Assembly: GCF_004010195.1 (NCBI RefSeq)
Contig: NC_057719.1
Location: 18,497,159 to 18,561,158 of the forward strand
Source: Chiloscyllium plagiosum
Lineage: Eukaryota
Reading direction: 5' to 3'
DNA: 64,000 bases
The translations under genes and the position numbers were made by a program. Of the stretch, positions 49,241 through 61,085 are shown one piece after another (positions within the stretch are counted from its first letter, which is position 1; each line of letters opens with the position of its first letter). The notes beneath the pieces are model-generated. The model was not told the DNA's origin. It was given only the letters and a program-made list of their open reading frames with translations, and did no database searches.

Positions 49241-51396
49241 AATACCCTTGTCAACTTTTATAGGTGCACCATCGAGAGCATTCTGTCTGGATGTACCAGT
49301 ACCTGGTATGGCAACTGTACCATTCAAGATTGGAGACAGTTACAGAGAGTGTTGAACTCGGCCTGGACAATCACAAAGGCCAACCTACCATCTATAGAAT
49401 CCATCTACTAGGCCCGCTGTCAAGGAAAGGCCGCCAGCATTCTCAAAGATCCAACCCACCCTGGCAATGTTTTTCGACAACCTCTACAATCGGGGAGATG
49501 GTACAGAAGCCTGAACACACGCACCAGCCGGTTTCGAAGCAGTTTCTACCCTACTGTTGTTAGAAAAATGAATAGACTCACAAACTCTTAGCATTTATCT
49601 GTACCTGTGTTTTTGTTTTTGCTGCTGTTTACCTATTATTTACTTATCTATGCTACTTAACTATGTGATCGGCAGCACGGTGGCACAGTGGTTAGCACTG
49701 CTGACTCACAGCGCCAGAGACCCGGGTTCAATTGCTGCCTCAGGCGACTGACTGTGTGGAATTTGCACGTTGTCCCCGTGTCTGCGTGGGTTTCCTCCGG
49801 GTGCTCCGGTTTCCTCCCACAGTCCAAAAACCTGCAGGTTAGGTGAATTGGCCATGCTAAATTGCCCGTAGTGTTAGGTGAAGGGGTAAATGGAGGGGAA
49901 TGGGTCTGGGTGGGTTGCGCTCCAGCGGATCGGTGTGGACTTGTTGGGCCAAAGGGCCTGTTTCCACACTATAAGTAATCTAATCTAATCTGCCTGTGTT
50001 GCTCGCAAGACAAAGCTTTTTATGGTGCCTCGGGACATGTGACAATAAATTCAATTCAAATTCAAATTCAATGCAAGTTATGGTTGTTGAAAAGACTGGA
50101 TAGTGATAGTGAATAAAGAGGGTATTGATGTAATGGACTTACTCTCTCTTCTGCCTCCCCTATTCTAAACCTAGTTTCAACATACAATTCTGCTCCTTTC
50201 CACCTGTCAGAACATAATCGTAAATGCAGATGTTTGCAACTAGAAATTCATTACCTACAAACATGCATCATATCTCGAATATTTACATTACATATGTGCC
50301 TGTCATGAGAAACACCTTGGGAATCAAATGCAAATGTTTTTTACTTGATTGTTAATTATTTCACATCCTTCTCAATTTATAATCTTATATTCCTAATACT
50401 TTAGGTGCATTTTCCTTCCAGATTGGAATACAGCTGTGAAATTTATATTGACTAAAATGTAATTGAAATGTAATCAGCAAATACCCTTGCCAACTTTTAT
50501 AGGTGCGCCACTGAGAGCATTCTGTCGGGATGTATCACTATCTGGGTATGGCAACTGTACCATTCAAGATTGGAGATGATTACAGAGAGTGGTGAACTCA
50601 GCCTGGATAAGCACAAAGGCCAACGTGCCATCGATAGAATCCATCTACCAGGCCTGCTGTCAAGGAAAGGCTGCCAGTATTCTCAAAGATCCATCCCACC
50701 CTGGCAATGTTTTTCTATAACCTCTACCATCGGGGAGAAGGTACAGAAGCCTGAAGACATGCACCAGCCAGTTTCGAAACAGTTTCTACCCTACTGTTGT
50801 TAGAATACTGAATGGACTCTCAAACTCTTAGCATTTGCCTGTACCTGTATTTTTGTTTTTGCTGCTGTTTACCTATCATTTACTTGTCTATGCTACTTAA
50901 CTATGTGATCTGCCTGTATTGCTCGCAAGACAAAGCTTTTCACTGTGCCTTGGTACACGTGACAATAAATTCAATTCAAATTCAATGCAAGTTATGGTTG
51001 TTGAAAAGACTGGATAGTGATAATAAATAAGAGGATATTGATGTAATGGACTTACTCTCTCTTTTGCCTCCCCTATTCTAAACCTAGTTTCAACATACAA
51101 TTCTGCTCCTTTCCACCTGTCAGAACTTAATCATAAATGCAGATGTTTGCAACTAGAAATTCATCACCTACAAAGATGCATCATATCTCGAATATTTACA
51201 TTACATATGTGCCTGTCGTGAGAAACACTTTGGGAATCAAATGCAAATGTCGTTTTTTATTTGGTTGTTAATCATTTCACATCCATCTCAACTTATAATC
51301 TTATATTCCTAATACTTTAGGTGCATTTTCCTTCCAGATTGGAATACAGCTGTGAAATTTATATTGACTAAAATGTAATTGAAACGTAATCAGCAA
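49241..51396 (+). repeat. Tandem duplication (unit about 0.92 kb; copy 1 49241-50479 includes an HE1, copy 2 50480-51396)
   Basis: Both copies start aatacccttg.caacttttataggtg and end gtaatcagca. The unit holds the Rex1 3' end plus about 400 bp of flanking DNA. Confidence 0.95.
49671..49990 (+). mobile_element. HE1-type SINE
   Basis: Full head, core and (taatc)n tail; absent from the duplicate copy at about 50910. Confidence 0.95.
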
Positions 51397-52134
51397 GTCC
51401 AAACCTAAATATAGGTTATTGCCATCCAGGGCACAGTTAATTCAAACTTAAATATAGGGTTGTGTTGGTAAACAGATTAAACTGAAATCTTATGAAGTGT
51501 CAGTGTTTGTATTATCATTATCATTATTGGTATTATTAATATGTCTACACCAAAGAAACACACTTTACATGTTGTTATTGAGCTTATTTTCAATATAACT
51601 TGAGCAGCTACAGTTTGTTTATGACTGATAATGATGTCGACATATTTTCTAAACTGGGGCACTGCATATTTTACAACTAACCTTTTCCCTTCAAAAATCT
51701 TTTTTACCATGTACACATTATGATATGGAAGGTGCTGTATAAAAGCAGATCCAGTAGTAACTTAGAAAAGTGAATTGGGCATACAGTTTGGAAAAAAAAA
51801 TTGCAGCCCAAGGGAAAAGATGGTTTGGGATAATTCAAAGAGCCAGTATAGGCATGGTGGGCCTAATGATTTCCTTATGTGCAGCATGATTCTATGATAT
51901 TAAGTGACACGCGCATGCATTATTTTACCGTAAACATAAACAGTGTTTAACCTATCATGAACTTTTAATCCCATAAAGTTTACCATATATGGTTAAACAT
52001 ACCCTGAGGTCAGTTGGTGTTTTATTGTTTTTGTGATAGACATTTTGAGATTGGCAGATGACTGTAAGCTATCAGCCAATAACAGAAATAAAAGAATAAA
52101 ATCATTAAATTTCTACTATTCTGTACAATTAAAA

Positions 52135-53530
52135 AGTGCTAGCTCACATCAACTCCAGCCTCCATATTGCCTTGATCCTTTGCAATTTGCTTACTGGCCA
52201 AGCAGGTCCACAGCAGATGTCTTCTCTCTGGCCCCACACTCATCCTGGAACATTTGGACAACAAGGATACCTACGTTAGTATGTTACTTATTGACTACAG
52301 CTTCACCTTCAACACCATAATTTCAAACAAATATCTCCAAACTCCAGGACCCACGTCTCTGCTTCCCACTCTGTAACTGGATTTTCGACTTCTTGACCAA
52401 CAGACTGCAGTCAGTAAGGATAGGTGACAACACCTCCTCCACAATAATCCCCAACACTGATGCTCTTTAAGGCTGCACATTCAGCTCCCTACTATAGTCC
52501 TTATCTACACACACACACGCACACCAGTGTGGACAGATTTTGCTTCAACTCCATTTACAAGTTTGCTGACGACACCACCATTGTAGTTCGGATCTCAAAT
52601 CATGATGAAACAGAGTACAGGAAGGAGATAGAGTACTGAATGGCATGGTGTAAAGACAACAAATCTCTCAACCAACGTCAGTAAAACAGAGGATTTGGTC
52701 TTTGACTTCAGGAAGTGGAATAGAGGGCAATGCCTCATGGTGCAGAGGTGGAGATGGTCAAGAGTGTCAAGTTCCTGAGAGTGACAATCACCATCAATCT
52801 GTCCTGGTTCATTCACGTTGACAGTACAGTCAAGAAAGTACAGCAATGCTTCTACTTCCTCAGGAAGCTAAAGCAAATCGGCATGTCCATAAAATTCTTA
52901 CAAATTTTTATAGATGCACCATAGAGAACATCCTATATGATATATAAAGTTAGAAGTCACATGATGCCGGATTATAGCCCATCAGGTTTATATGAAAGCC
53001 CAAGCTTTTAGAGCACCACTCCTTCACCAGATGATCAGCCTATTAAAATGACTTCATCTGATGAAGAGGCTGCACTCTAAAAAGCTTGTGATTTTAAATA
53101 AACCTGTTGGACTATAACCTGATGTTGTGTGACTTCTGACTATGTCCACCCCCAGTCCAACATCGGCACCGCCATATCATATCTGATGCACCTCAGCATG
53201 GTATGACAACTGTTCTTCCCAAATCTGAAAGGAAGTACAGAGAGCTGTGAACACAGCCCAGTCCATCACACAAACCAACCTTCCATCCATTGACTCCATC
53301 TATACTTCCTGCTGCATCTAGAAAGCAACCAACATAATCAAAGGCCCCTCCCACCTTATTATACTCTCCTCCAACCTCTTCCATCAGGCAGAAGATATAA
53401 ATATTTGTGTACACATATGAACAGATTCAAGTACAGCTTCGTCCCCACTGTTATCTGACTTACAATGGACCTCTCAAATGTTAATCTTAATCTCTCTCTC
53501 TCTCTATGCACCTTCTTGGCAACTGTAACC
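52135..53530 (+). mobile_element. Older Rex1/Babar LINE fragment, interrupted
   Basis: [15 protein letters not shown] (about 52559-52580), VKFL.VTI..NLSW and YFLRKLK. Confidence 0.85.
52946..53180. mobile_element. Family-B palindromic element with two opposed hammerhead remnants
   Basis: Arms agttagaagtcaca... / ...tgtgacttctgact; antisense aagctttt..ccttcaccagatga and sense tcatCTGATGAag...aaAAGCTtgtg; tail ccccagtccaacatcggcacc. Confidence 0.85.
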
Positions 53531-53532
53531 TT

Positions 53533-53759
53533 GTTGAGAGTGTCATGTTGGAAAAGCACAGCAGGTCAGGCAGCATCCGAGGAGCAGGAGAATAGACGTT
53601 TCAGGCATAAGTCCTTCATCAGAAATGAATTTCTGATGAAGGGCTTATGCCTGAAACGTCGATTCCGCTGCTCCTCGGATGCTGCCTGACCTGCTGTGCT
53701 TTTCCAGCACCACACTCTCGACTGTGATCTTCAGCATTTGCAGTCCACCCTTTCTCCTA
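53533..53759. mobile_element. Penelope-derived palindromic insertion (family A) with two hammerhead motifs
   Basis: Arms 53533-53626 / 53629-53722 with a 2-nt spacer and a 37-nt tail. Direct repeat ctgtaaccttgt / ctgtaacattgt (53523-53534, 53761-53772). Confidence 0.92.
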
Positions 53760-54459
53760 GCTGTAACATTGTATCCTGTACTCTGTTCTGTGACCCTATT
53801 GTACAGTATGAACACGTAAGACAATGCTTTTCACTGTACCTCAACGTGAATGTGGGACTTCGGCTCCATGAGGAATATATGGCGGTCACCTACTGATAAA
53901 GCATGGACAGATGCAACTGTGACATATATAGTGGTGAGGATGAGGTCAAGTAGATTAGTCCTTCTTTTGGTTCCTTCAGCACCTGCACAAACTCAGTCTA
54001 GGTGATAATTTTCAGGATATTTCCTTTCACGTATTTGACCTGATACCATGAACTGGAAACAATTCTGCACTCCCTGCAAGGGGTTTGTATAGTCTACAAA
54101 ACGTTCACCTCAGTACAGGTTCAGATCTAAAGAAAGAGACATTGATGTGGAAGGACTACCAGAGACAATAGCAAGCAAATTGACTTTCAGTTCACCTAGT
54201 TTACTCAGCTTCAAGACTAACAATACACCATTGTAAATTGTTTCTCATTCAGAAGGTGTTTGAGGCTGCATGCAAATGTTGTTCCATAGCAAAAACACAA
54301 GAATCTCATTTCAAGACCAGGTTAATGCTTTTCTTCAATACAGTGGCTCAGCATAAACTCGAGCATTCACCAAGTTTCCATTTTGTACTTCAAAGTAGAA
54401 AATAAAAGTAATCACATTCAAGTTTCAACTATAACAGCACAGCCCAGTTGAGCTTTTGG

Positions 54460-54935
54460 TCACCACACCTTAAGCGGGTCATGTTGGACTTAAGAAGGAG
54501 TGCAGTGCAGAGTTACTAGATGAGTAATTGAAATCCAAAGGTAAGCCATGAGGCAAGATTGAACACACTAGAATTGTATTCCCTGAAATCTAGAAGATTA
54601 AGGAGAGATTTAATTCAAGTTATTGAAATTTTATGGAGAATGGTTTGGGAAGATAGGGAGACAGTATTTGCCAGGTGGGCATTTGAGAACTTAGAAGCAT
54701 AATCAAATGAATTGAATCAGACTTTTCAGAAATGCAATTTGGAAATACTTCTTTATTCAGAGGGAATTAGGGCTTGATCCTTTGTCGATTTTAAAACTGC
54801 CATTAGTAGATTTTTGTCATCCAAAGTAGATATTGGACAAGGAAGGTATGCAGAGTTGGGTCACAATTCAGCCATGATTCCATGGAATTGTGGAATTCAA
54901 TCAAGTGCCTAAGAGGCCTACTTCTGGTTCTCTGT
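54460..54935 (+). mobile_element. Decayed CR1 3' fragment
   Basis: FWSP, VQ.R.TR and RRLR.DLI remnants; CR1-like tail. Confidence 0.6.
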
Positions 54936-55008
54936 TATTGTGCCCTTGATTTCCTATGATTCATATGGAAAAGCGTTCGCGAAACATATTGGGCAAGATG
55001 ATCTTAGT

Positions 55009-55347
55009 GGGCGGCACGGTGGCACAGTGGTTAGCACTGCTGCCTCACAGTGCCAGAGACCCGGGTTCAATTCCCACCTCAGGCGACTGACTGGATGGAG
55101 TTTGCACATTCTTCCTGTGTCTGCGTGGGTTTCCTCCGGGTGCTCCAGTTTCCTCCCACAGTCCAAAGATCTGCAGGTTAGGTGAATTGGCCATGCTAAA
55201 TTGCCCGTAGTGTTAGGTAAGGGGTAAATGTAGGGGTATGGGTGGGTTGCGCTTCGGTGGGTCAGTGTTGGGCCAAAGGGCCTGTTTCCACACTGTAATG
55301 TAATGTAATGTAATGTAATCTAATCTAATCTAATCTAATCTAATCTA
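55009..55347 (+). mobile_element. HE1-type SINE with a (taatg)n(taatc)n tail
   Basis: Intact A and B boxes, core and CR1-like tail. Confidence 0.95.
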
Positions 55348-56875
55348 AAATGAGGAGGGTTGAGCTGTTCTGATAAAGTTTACCTCCTGAAGAAAGTTCA
55401 GAATATCAAAGCTGCCCATTAATTGAATCTTTGGTAGTTTGTCATTGGAGCTTCACCCTCACGATTTAACCCCTCGATGAGTTGTGATGAAAAACAAAGC
55501 GTTTCACCTATGACTCATTGTCTGATTCATCTTCCGACTGATTCAATGGTAAGTAGCAGTAAACATTCTCACAGAGAAATCCAAGAACCTTTGCTTCTCT
55601 ACATCACTATAGATTCCAACAATAATACATTTCACCCCCGTTACCATTCATTTCAGTATTTTGTGTGTCATTCTGAAGTATGTTCAACAGCGAATGTGTT
55701 ATAAAAAGAACAAAGAAAATTTACAGCCCAGGAACAGGCCCTTCAGCCCTCCAAGCTTGAGCCGATCCAAATCTACTGTCTAAACCAGTCGCCCAATTCC
55801 TAAGCATCTGTATCCCTCTGCTTCGCACCTACTCATGCATCTGTCCAGACGCACCTTAAATGAATTTACCGTGCCTGCCTCTATTACCTCTGCTGGCAAC
55901 GCTTTCCAGGCACCTATCACCCTCTGTGTAAAGGACTTTCCACGTGTATCCCCCTTAAACTTTTCACCTCTCACCTTGAACGCATGACCTCTCATTATTG
56001 AATCCCTCACCCTGGGAAAAAGCTTATCTCTATCCACCCTGTCTATGCCCTTCATGATTTTGTAAACCTCAATCAGGTCACCCCTCAATCTCCTTTTTTC
56101 TAATGAAAACAATCCTAACCTACTCAACCTCTCTTCGTAGCTAGCACCTTCCATACCAGGCAACATCCACGTAAATCTTCTCTACACCCTCTCCAAAGCG
56201 TCCACATCCTTTTGGCAATGTGGCAACCAGAACTGTACACAGTATTCTAAATGCTGCTGAACCAAAGTCTTGTATAATTTTAACATGACCTGCCAGCTCT
56301 TATACTCAATACCCCATCCGATGAAGGCAAACATACCATTATGCCTTCTTGACCACTCTTTCCACCTGTGCAGCCACCTTTACGGTACAATGGACCCGAA
56401 CTCTCAGATCTCTCTGCTCATCAACTTTTCCCAAGGCTCTTCCATTTACAGTATAGTTTGCTCTTGAATTGGACTTCCCAAAATGATCACCTCACATTTG
56501 CTCGAATTGAACTCAATCTGCCACTCCTCCGCCCAACTCTCCAGTCTATCTGTATTCTTTGACAGTCCCTATACGGTCTGCTGCTCCACCAATCTTCGTG
56601 TCATCTGCAAACTTACTGATTAGACCAACAGTGCCCTCTTCCAGATCATTTATGTATATCACAAACAACAGTGGCCCCAGCACTGACCCCTGTGGAACAC
56701 CACTGGTCACCTTTCTCCATTACGAGAAACTCCCTTCAACTACTACTCTCTGTCTCCTGTTGCTCAAACAGTTCTTTATCCACCTAGCGAGAACATCCTG
56801 CACACCATGTGACTTCACTTTCTCCATTAGTTTACCATGGGGAACCTTATCAAATGCCTTACTAAAGTACATGTA

Positions 56876-57493
56876 CAAAGGAACCTCAATTATCCAAACG
56901 AGATGGGCTGGCACTATTTCGCTCGGATAATCGATTACTTGGTTAATCGATTAAATGCCTTTCCTCTGGAGCTCAGAGTTATTTTTAAGTCTGCTCCTTG
57001 TTCAGGAGACGAGGCAGCAGCACACTATGCGCGAGACCCCACACCACCCCCCCCGTCCAACACTGCCTCCCACCCCCATCCACTCCCGCCTCCTCTCTGG
57101 GGCAGCCGGACTGGACACCAACAAGATTGCTGCTGCCTTTGTGGCATAAGTCTTCAAATAGCACGCGCACGCACACACAGACACCTTTTTACTGCAACTT
57201 TTTGACTGGTTCCACCTTTACCCTGTACATGACAATGTTGGTCAGATTATCTGGGGAAGTGGGATTTAGGATACACCTCTCTGTAGAACTCCAGGGAAAG
57301 TGTGGGGAGAGAGAGAGAAAGAGGGCAGGAGGTCAGTCATTTGGAGACGGTGCCTGTTTAATCATTGTAAACAAAAGACGCAATCAGTGTTGGAAACACA
57401 TGTTTGATGTAATGTTTCTATCGGGACCTCAAGATCTCCTTCGGATAATCCGATATTTAGATAATTGATATTCGGAAAACCAAGGTTCCTCTG
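56876..57493. mobile_element. Non-autonomous Tc1/mariner-superfamily (Tigger/pogo-like) DNA transposon, 618 bp
   Basis: Imperfect TIRs caaaggaacctcaattatcc / ggaaaaccaaggttcctctg and TA duplication (56874-75, 57494-95). It splits a CR1 codon run and has no transposase ORF. Confidence 0.85.
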
Positions 57494-57830
57494 TATATGA
57501 TATCTACAACCCTTCCTTCATCTATCAACTTAGTCACTTACTCATAGAACTATATTAAGTTGCTAAGGCACGATCTCCTCCACACAAAACCATGTTGTCT
57601 ATTGCTGATAAGCCCATTCTTTTCCAAATATAAAAAGATTTTATTCCCCAGTACCTTCTCCAGCAACTTTCCCACCACTGCGTCAGGCTCAATGGTTTGT
57701 AGTTACCTAGAATCTCCCAACTACCCTTCTTGTACAGGGGGAAAGTGAGGACTGCAGATGCTGGAGATCAGAACTGAAAATGTGTTGCTGGAAAAGCGCA
57801 GCAGGTCAGGCAGCATCCAAGGAGCAGGAG

Positions 57831-57866
57831 AATCGACGTTTCGGGCATGAGCCCTTCTTCAGGAAT
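57831..57866 (-). ncRNA. Minimal hammerhead ribozyme motif in the PLE 3' UTR
   Basis: rc = attc CTGAAGA a gggc tcat gccc GAA ACGT C gatt, on the PLE sense strand. Confidence 0.8.
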
Positions 57867-59000
57867 GAGGAAAGTGTGCCAAGCAGGCCAAGATAAAAGT
57901 TAGGGAGGAGGGACTTGAGGGAGGGGCGCTGGAAATGCGATAGGTGGAAGGAGGTTAAGGTGAGGGTGATAAGGTGAGGGTGATAGTCCAGAGTGGGGGT
58001 GGAGGCGGAGAGGTCAGGAAGAAGATTGCAGGTTAGGAAGGTGGTGCTGAGTTCGAGGGTTGGGACTGAGACAAGGTGGGGGGAGGGGAACTGAGGAAAC
58101 TGGAGAAATCTGAGTTCATCCCTTGTGATTGGAGGTTTCCTCGGCGGAAGATAAGGCGCTCTTCCTCCAGCTGTCGTGTTGCTATGGTCTGGTGATGGAG
58201 GAGTCCAAGGACCTGCATGTCCTTGGTGGAATGTGAGGGGGAGTTGAAGTGTTGAGCCACGGGGTGGTTGGGTTGGTTGGTCTGGGTGTCCCAGAGGTGT
58301 TCTCTGAAACGTTCCGCAAGTAGGCGGCCTGTCTCCCCAATATAGAGGAGGCCACCTCGGGTGCAGCGAATGCAGTAAATTGTGTGTGTGGAGGTGCAGG
58401 TGAATTTGTGGCGGATATGGAAGGATCCTTTGGGGCCTTGGAGGGAAGTAAGGGGGGAGGTGTGGGCGTAAGTTTTGCATTTCTTGCGGTTGCAGGGGAA
58501 GGTGCCGGGAGTGGAGGTTGGGTTGGTGGGGGGTGTGGACCTGACGAGGGAGTCGCGGATGGAGTGGTCTTTTCGGAATGCTGATAGGGGAGGGGAGGGA
58601 AATATATCCCTGTTGGTGGGGTCCGTTTGGAAGTGGCGGAAATGACGACGGATTAGACGATGTATATGGAGGTTGGTGGGGTGGTAGGTGAGGACCAGTG
58701 GGGTTCTGTCCTGGTGGTGTTTGGAGGGGCGGGGCTCAAAGGCGGAGTTGCGGGAAGTGGAGGAGATGCGGTGGAGAGCATCGTTGATCAACTCTGGGGG
58801 GAAATTGCGGTCTTTGAAGAAGGAGGCCGTTTGGGCTGTTCGGTATTTGAACTGGTCCTCCTGGGAGCAGATACGGCGGAGATGAAGGAATTGGGAATAT
58901 GGGATGGCGTTTTTACAAGGGGCAGGGTGGGAGGAGGTGTAGTCTAGGTAGCTGTGGGAGTCGGTCAGTTTATAGTAAATGTCCGTGTTGATTCGGTTGC

Positions 59001-59334
59001 ATTACATTACATTACATTACAGTGTGGAAACTGGCCCTTCGGCCCAACAAGTCCACACCGACCCGCCGAAGCGTAACCCACCCATACCCCTACATTTACC
59101 CCTTACCTAACACTATGGGCAATTTAGCATGGCCAATTCATCTGACCTGCACATCTTTGGACTGTGGGAGGAAACCAGAGCACCCGGAGGAAACCCATGC
59201 AGACACGGGGAGAACGTGCAAACTCCACACAGTCAGTCACCTGAGGCGGGAATTGAACCCGGGTCTCTGGCGCTGTGAGGCAGCAGTGCTGACCACAGTG
59301 CCACCGTGCTGCCCACTGCCACCGTGCCGCCCAC
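59001..59334 (-). mobile_element. HE1-type SINE inserted in the PLE ORF
   Basis: Full HE1 with an (attac)n tail and a short duplicated head (gccaccgtgc.gccc twice). Confidence 0.95.
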
Positions 59335-60579
59335 ATAGATAGAAATGGAGAGGTCTAGGAAGGGGAGGGAGGAGTCTGAGACAGTCCAGGTAAATTTGAG
59401 GTCGGGGTGGAAGGTGTTAGTAAAGTGGATGAACTGTTCAACCTCCTTGTGGGAGCATGAGGCAGCGCCGATACAGTCATCGATGTAGCGGAGGAAAAGG
59501 TGGGGTTGGTGCCAGTGTAGGTGCGGAAGATGGACTGTTCCACATATCCTGCGAAGAGGCAGGCATAGCTGGGTCCCATGCGGGTGCCCATGGCTACTCC
59601 TTTGGTTTGGAGGAAGTGGGAGGATTGGAAAGAGAAGTTGTTCAGAGTGAGGACCAGTTCAGTCAGTCAAAGGAGGGTGTCAGTGGAAGGATACTGGTTG
59701 GTACGGCGGGAAAGGAAGAAGCGGATGGCTTTGAGTCCTTCGTGATGGGGGATGGAGGTGTACAGGGACAGGATGTCCATGGTGAAGATAAGACCGGGGA
59801 AGCGAAAATCATGGAGGAGGTGGAGTGCGTGAGTGGTGTCCTGAACGTAGGCTGGGAGTTCTTGGACTAAGGGGGACAGGACCGTGTTGAGGTATGCAGA
59901 GATGAGTTCGGTGGGGCAGGAGCAGGCTGAGACAATGGGTCGGCCGGGGCAGTCAGGTTTGTGGATTTTGGGCAGGAAGTAGAAACAGGCGGTGCGAGGT
60001 TGTGGGATTATGAGGTTGGAGGCGGTGGATGGGAGATCCCCTGAGGAGATGAGGTTATGGATGGTCTGGGAGATGATGGTTTGGTGGTGGGAGGTGGGGT
60101 CACGGTCAAGGGGGCAGTAGGAGGAGGGGGACAACATGAGCAACCCTCCAGTCCTCTGCCACTTCACCTGTGTTTAAGGATGCTACAAAGATAGCTGTCA
60201 GGGCCCCAGCTATTTCCTCTCTTGCCTCCCTCAGCAACCTGGGATCCCCAGCAATCTGGTCCTGGGGATTTGTCCACTTTAATATCCTTTAGCCTATCCA
60301 ACACATCTTCCCTCCTTATGTTAAAGTGATCCAGAGTAAACAAACTTCTATCTCTAATCTCAACATTCATCAGGTCCCTCTCTTCAGTGTGCACTGATGC
60401 AAAGTAATCATTGAGAATCTCACCCATTTTCTCAGGTTTGACACAGAACCCTCCTTGCTTGTCCTTTAGTGAGCAATATAAATTATAAATTTGCATAAAC
60501 ATGAATAAAAAAGAGCACGAAGTGAGAAGGAAGATTTGAATGTATACTAGTGAGGTGTGCAAATAAGATAGAGATATAA

Positions 60580-61085
60580 ATAGAAATTGCTGGAAAAGCT
60601 CAACAGTTCTGGCAGCAATTAGAGAAATTAGAGTTCACGTTTCAGGTCAAGTGACCCAAGGAAGTTCTGAGAGTTAACATTGATTTAGAACATAGAACAT
60701 AGAAAAGTACAGCACAGAACAGGCCCTTTGGCCCACGATGTTGTGCCGAGATTAAATCCTAATGTAAAATATAGTAACTTAACCTACGCACCCCTCAACT
60801 TACTGCTATCCATGTGCATGTCCAACAGTCACTTAAATGTCCCCAATGACTCTGCTTCCACAGCTGGCAATGCATTCCATGCATTCACTTTTCTCTGCGT
60901 AAACAACCTACCTCTGATGTCTCCTTTATACCTTCCTCCTAATATCTTCAAAGTATGACTTCTCATATCAATCCATCCTGCCCTGGGGAAAAGTCTCAGG
61001 TGCTGCGAGACCTGCTGAGCTTTTTCAGCAATTTCCATTGTTTGTCTCCAATTTACAGCATTTGCAGTTCTTTACGTTTTTATTA
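60580..61085. mobile_element. Family-C Penelope-derived palindrome with a nested CR1 fragment (60686-60997, minus strand)
   Basis: Arms gaaattgctggaaaagctca / tgagctttttcagcaatttc and tail cagcatttgcagttcttt. Direct repeat aagatagagatataa (60565-60579, 61086-61100). The CR1 part gives FTQRKVNAWNALP. Confidence 0.85.

Larger units (their letters stand above)
48255..50071 (+). mobile_element. Rex1/Babar-clade LINE fragment (RT pseudogene + 3' UTR), interrupted twice
   Basis: [35 protein letters not shown] (48729-48746), LRQLRKFG and FYRCTIESIL; (aattca)n tail. Confidence 0.9.
57742..60124 (-). mobile_element. Penelope-like retroelement (Neptune-like), 5'-truncated and disrupted: RT + Cys-rich linker + GIY-YIG + 3' UTR
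   Basis: FYFLPKIHKP..PGRPIVSA, MGTRMGPSYA, RYIDD (59476-59490), PCNRKKCKT and IYCIRC...YIGET...ERFREH; aggggg at both junctions. Confidence 0.95.
55705..60468 (-). mobile_element. CR1 LINE split in three (55705-56875, 57496-57741, 60131-60468) by later insertions
   Basis: Collinear RT motifs across the gaps: NDYFASV...DKSPGPD, AHVVPLY, FSKAFDKVPH, FADD and RRLRGDLIEVYKIM. Confidence 0.93.

Noticed and set aside
55009..55085. tRNA genes at A/B-box sites
   Set aside because: These are SINE heads running into SINE cores, with no cloverleaf or acceptor stem.
55294..55347. CRISPR-like or independent tandem array
   Set aside because: It is a simple (taatg)/(taatc) SINE tail with no spacers, in a eukaryotic context.
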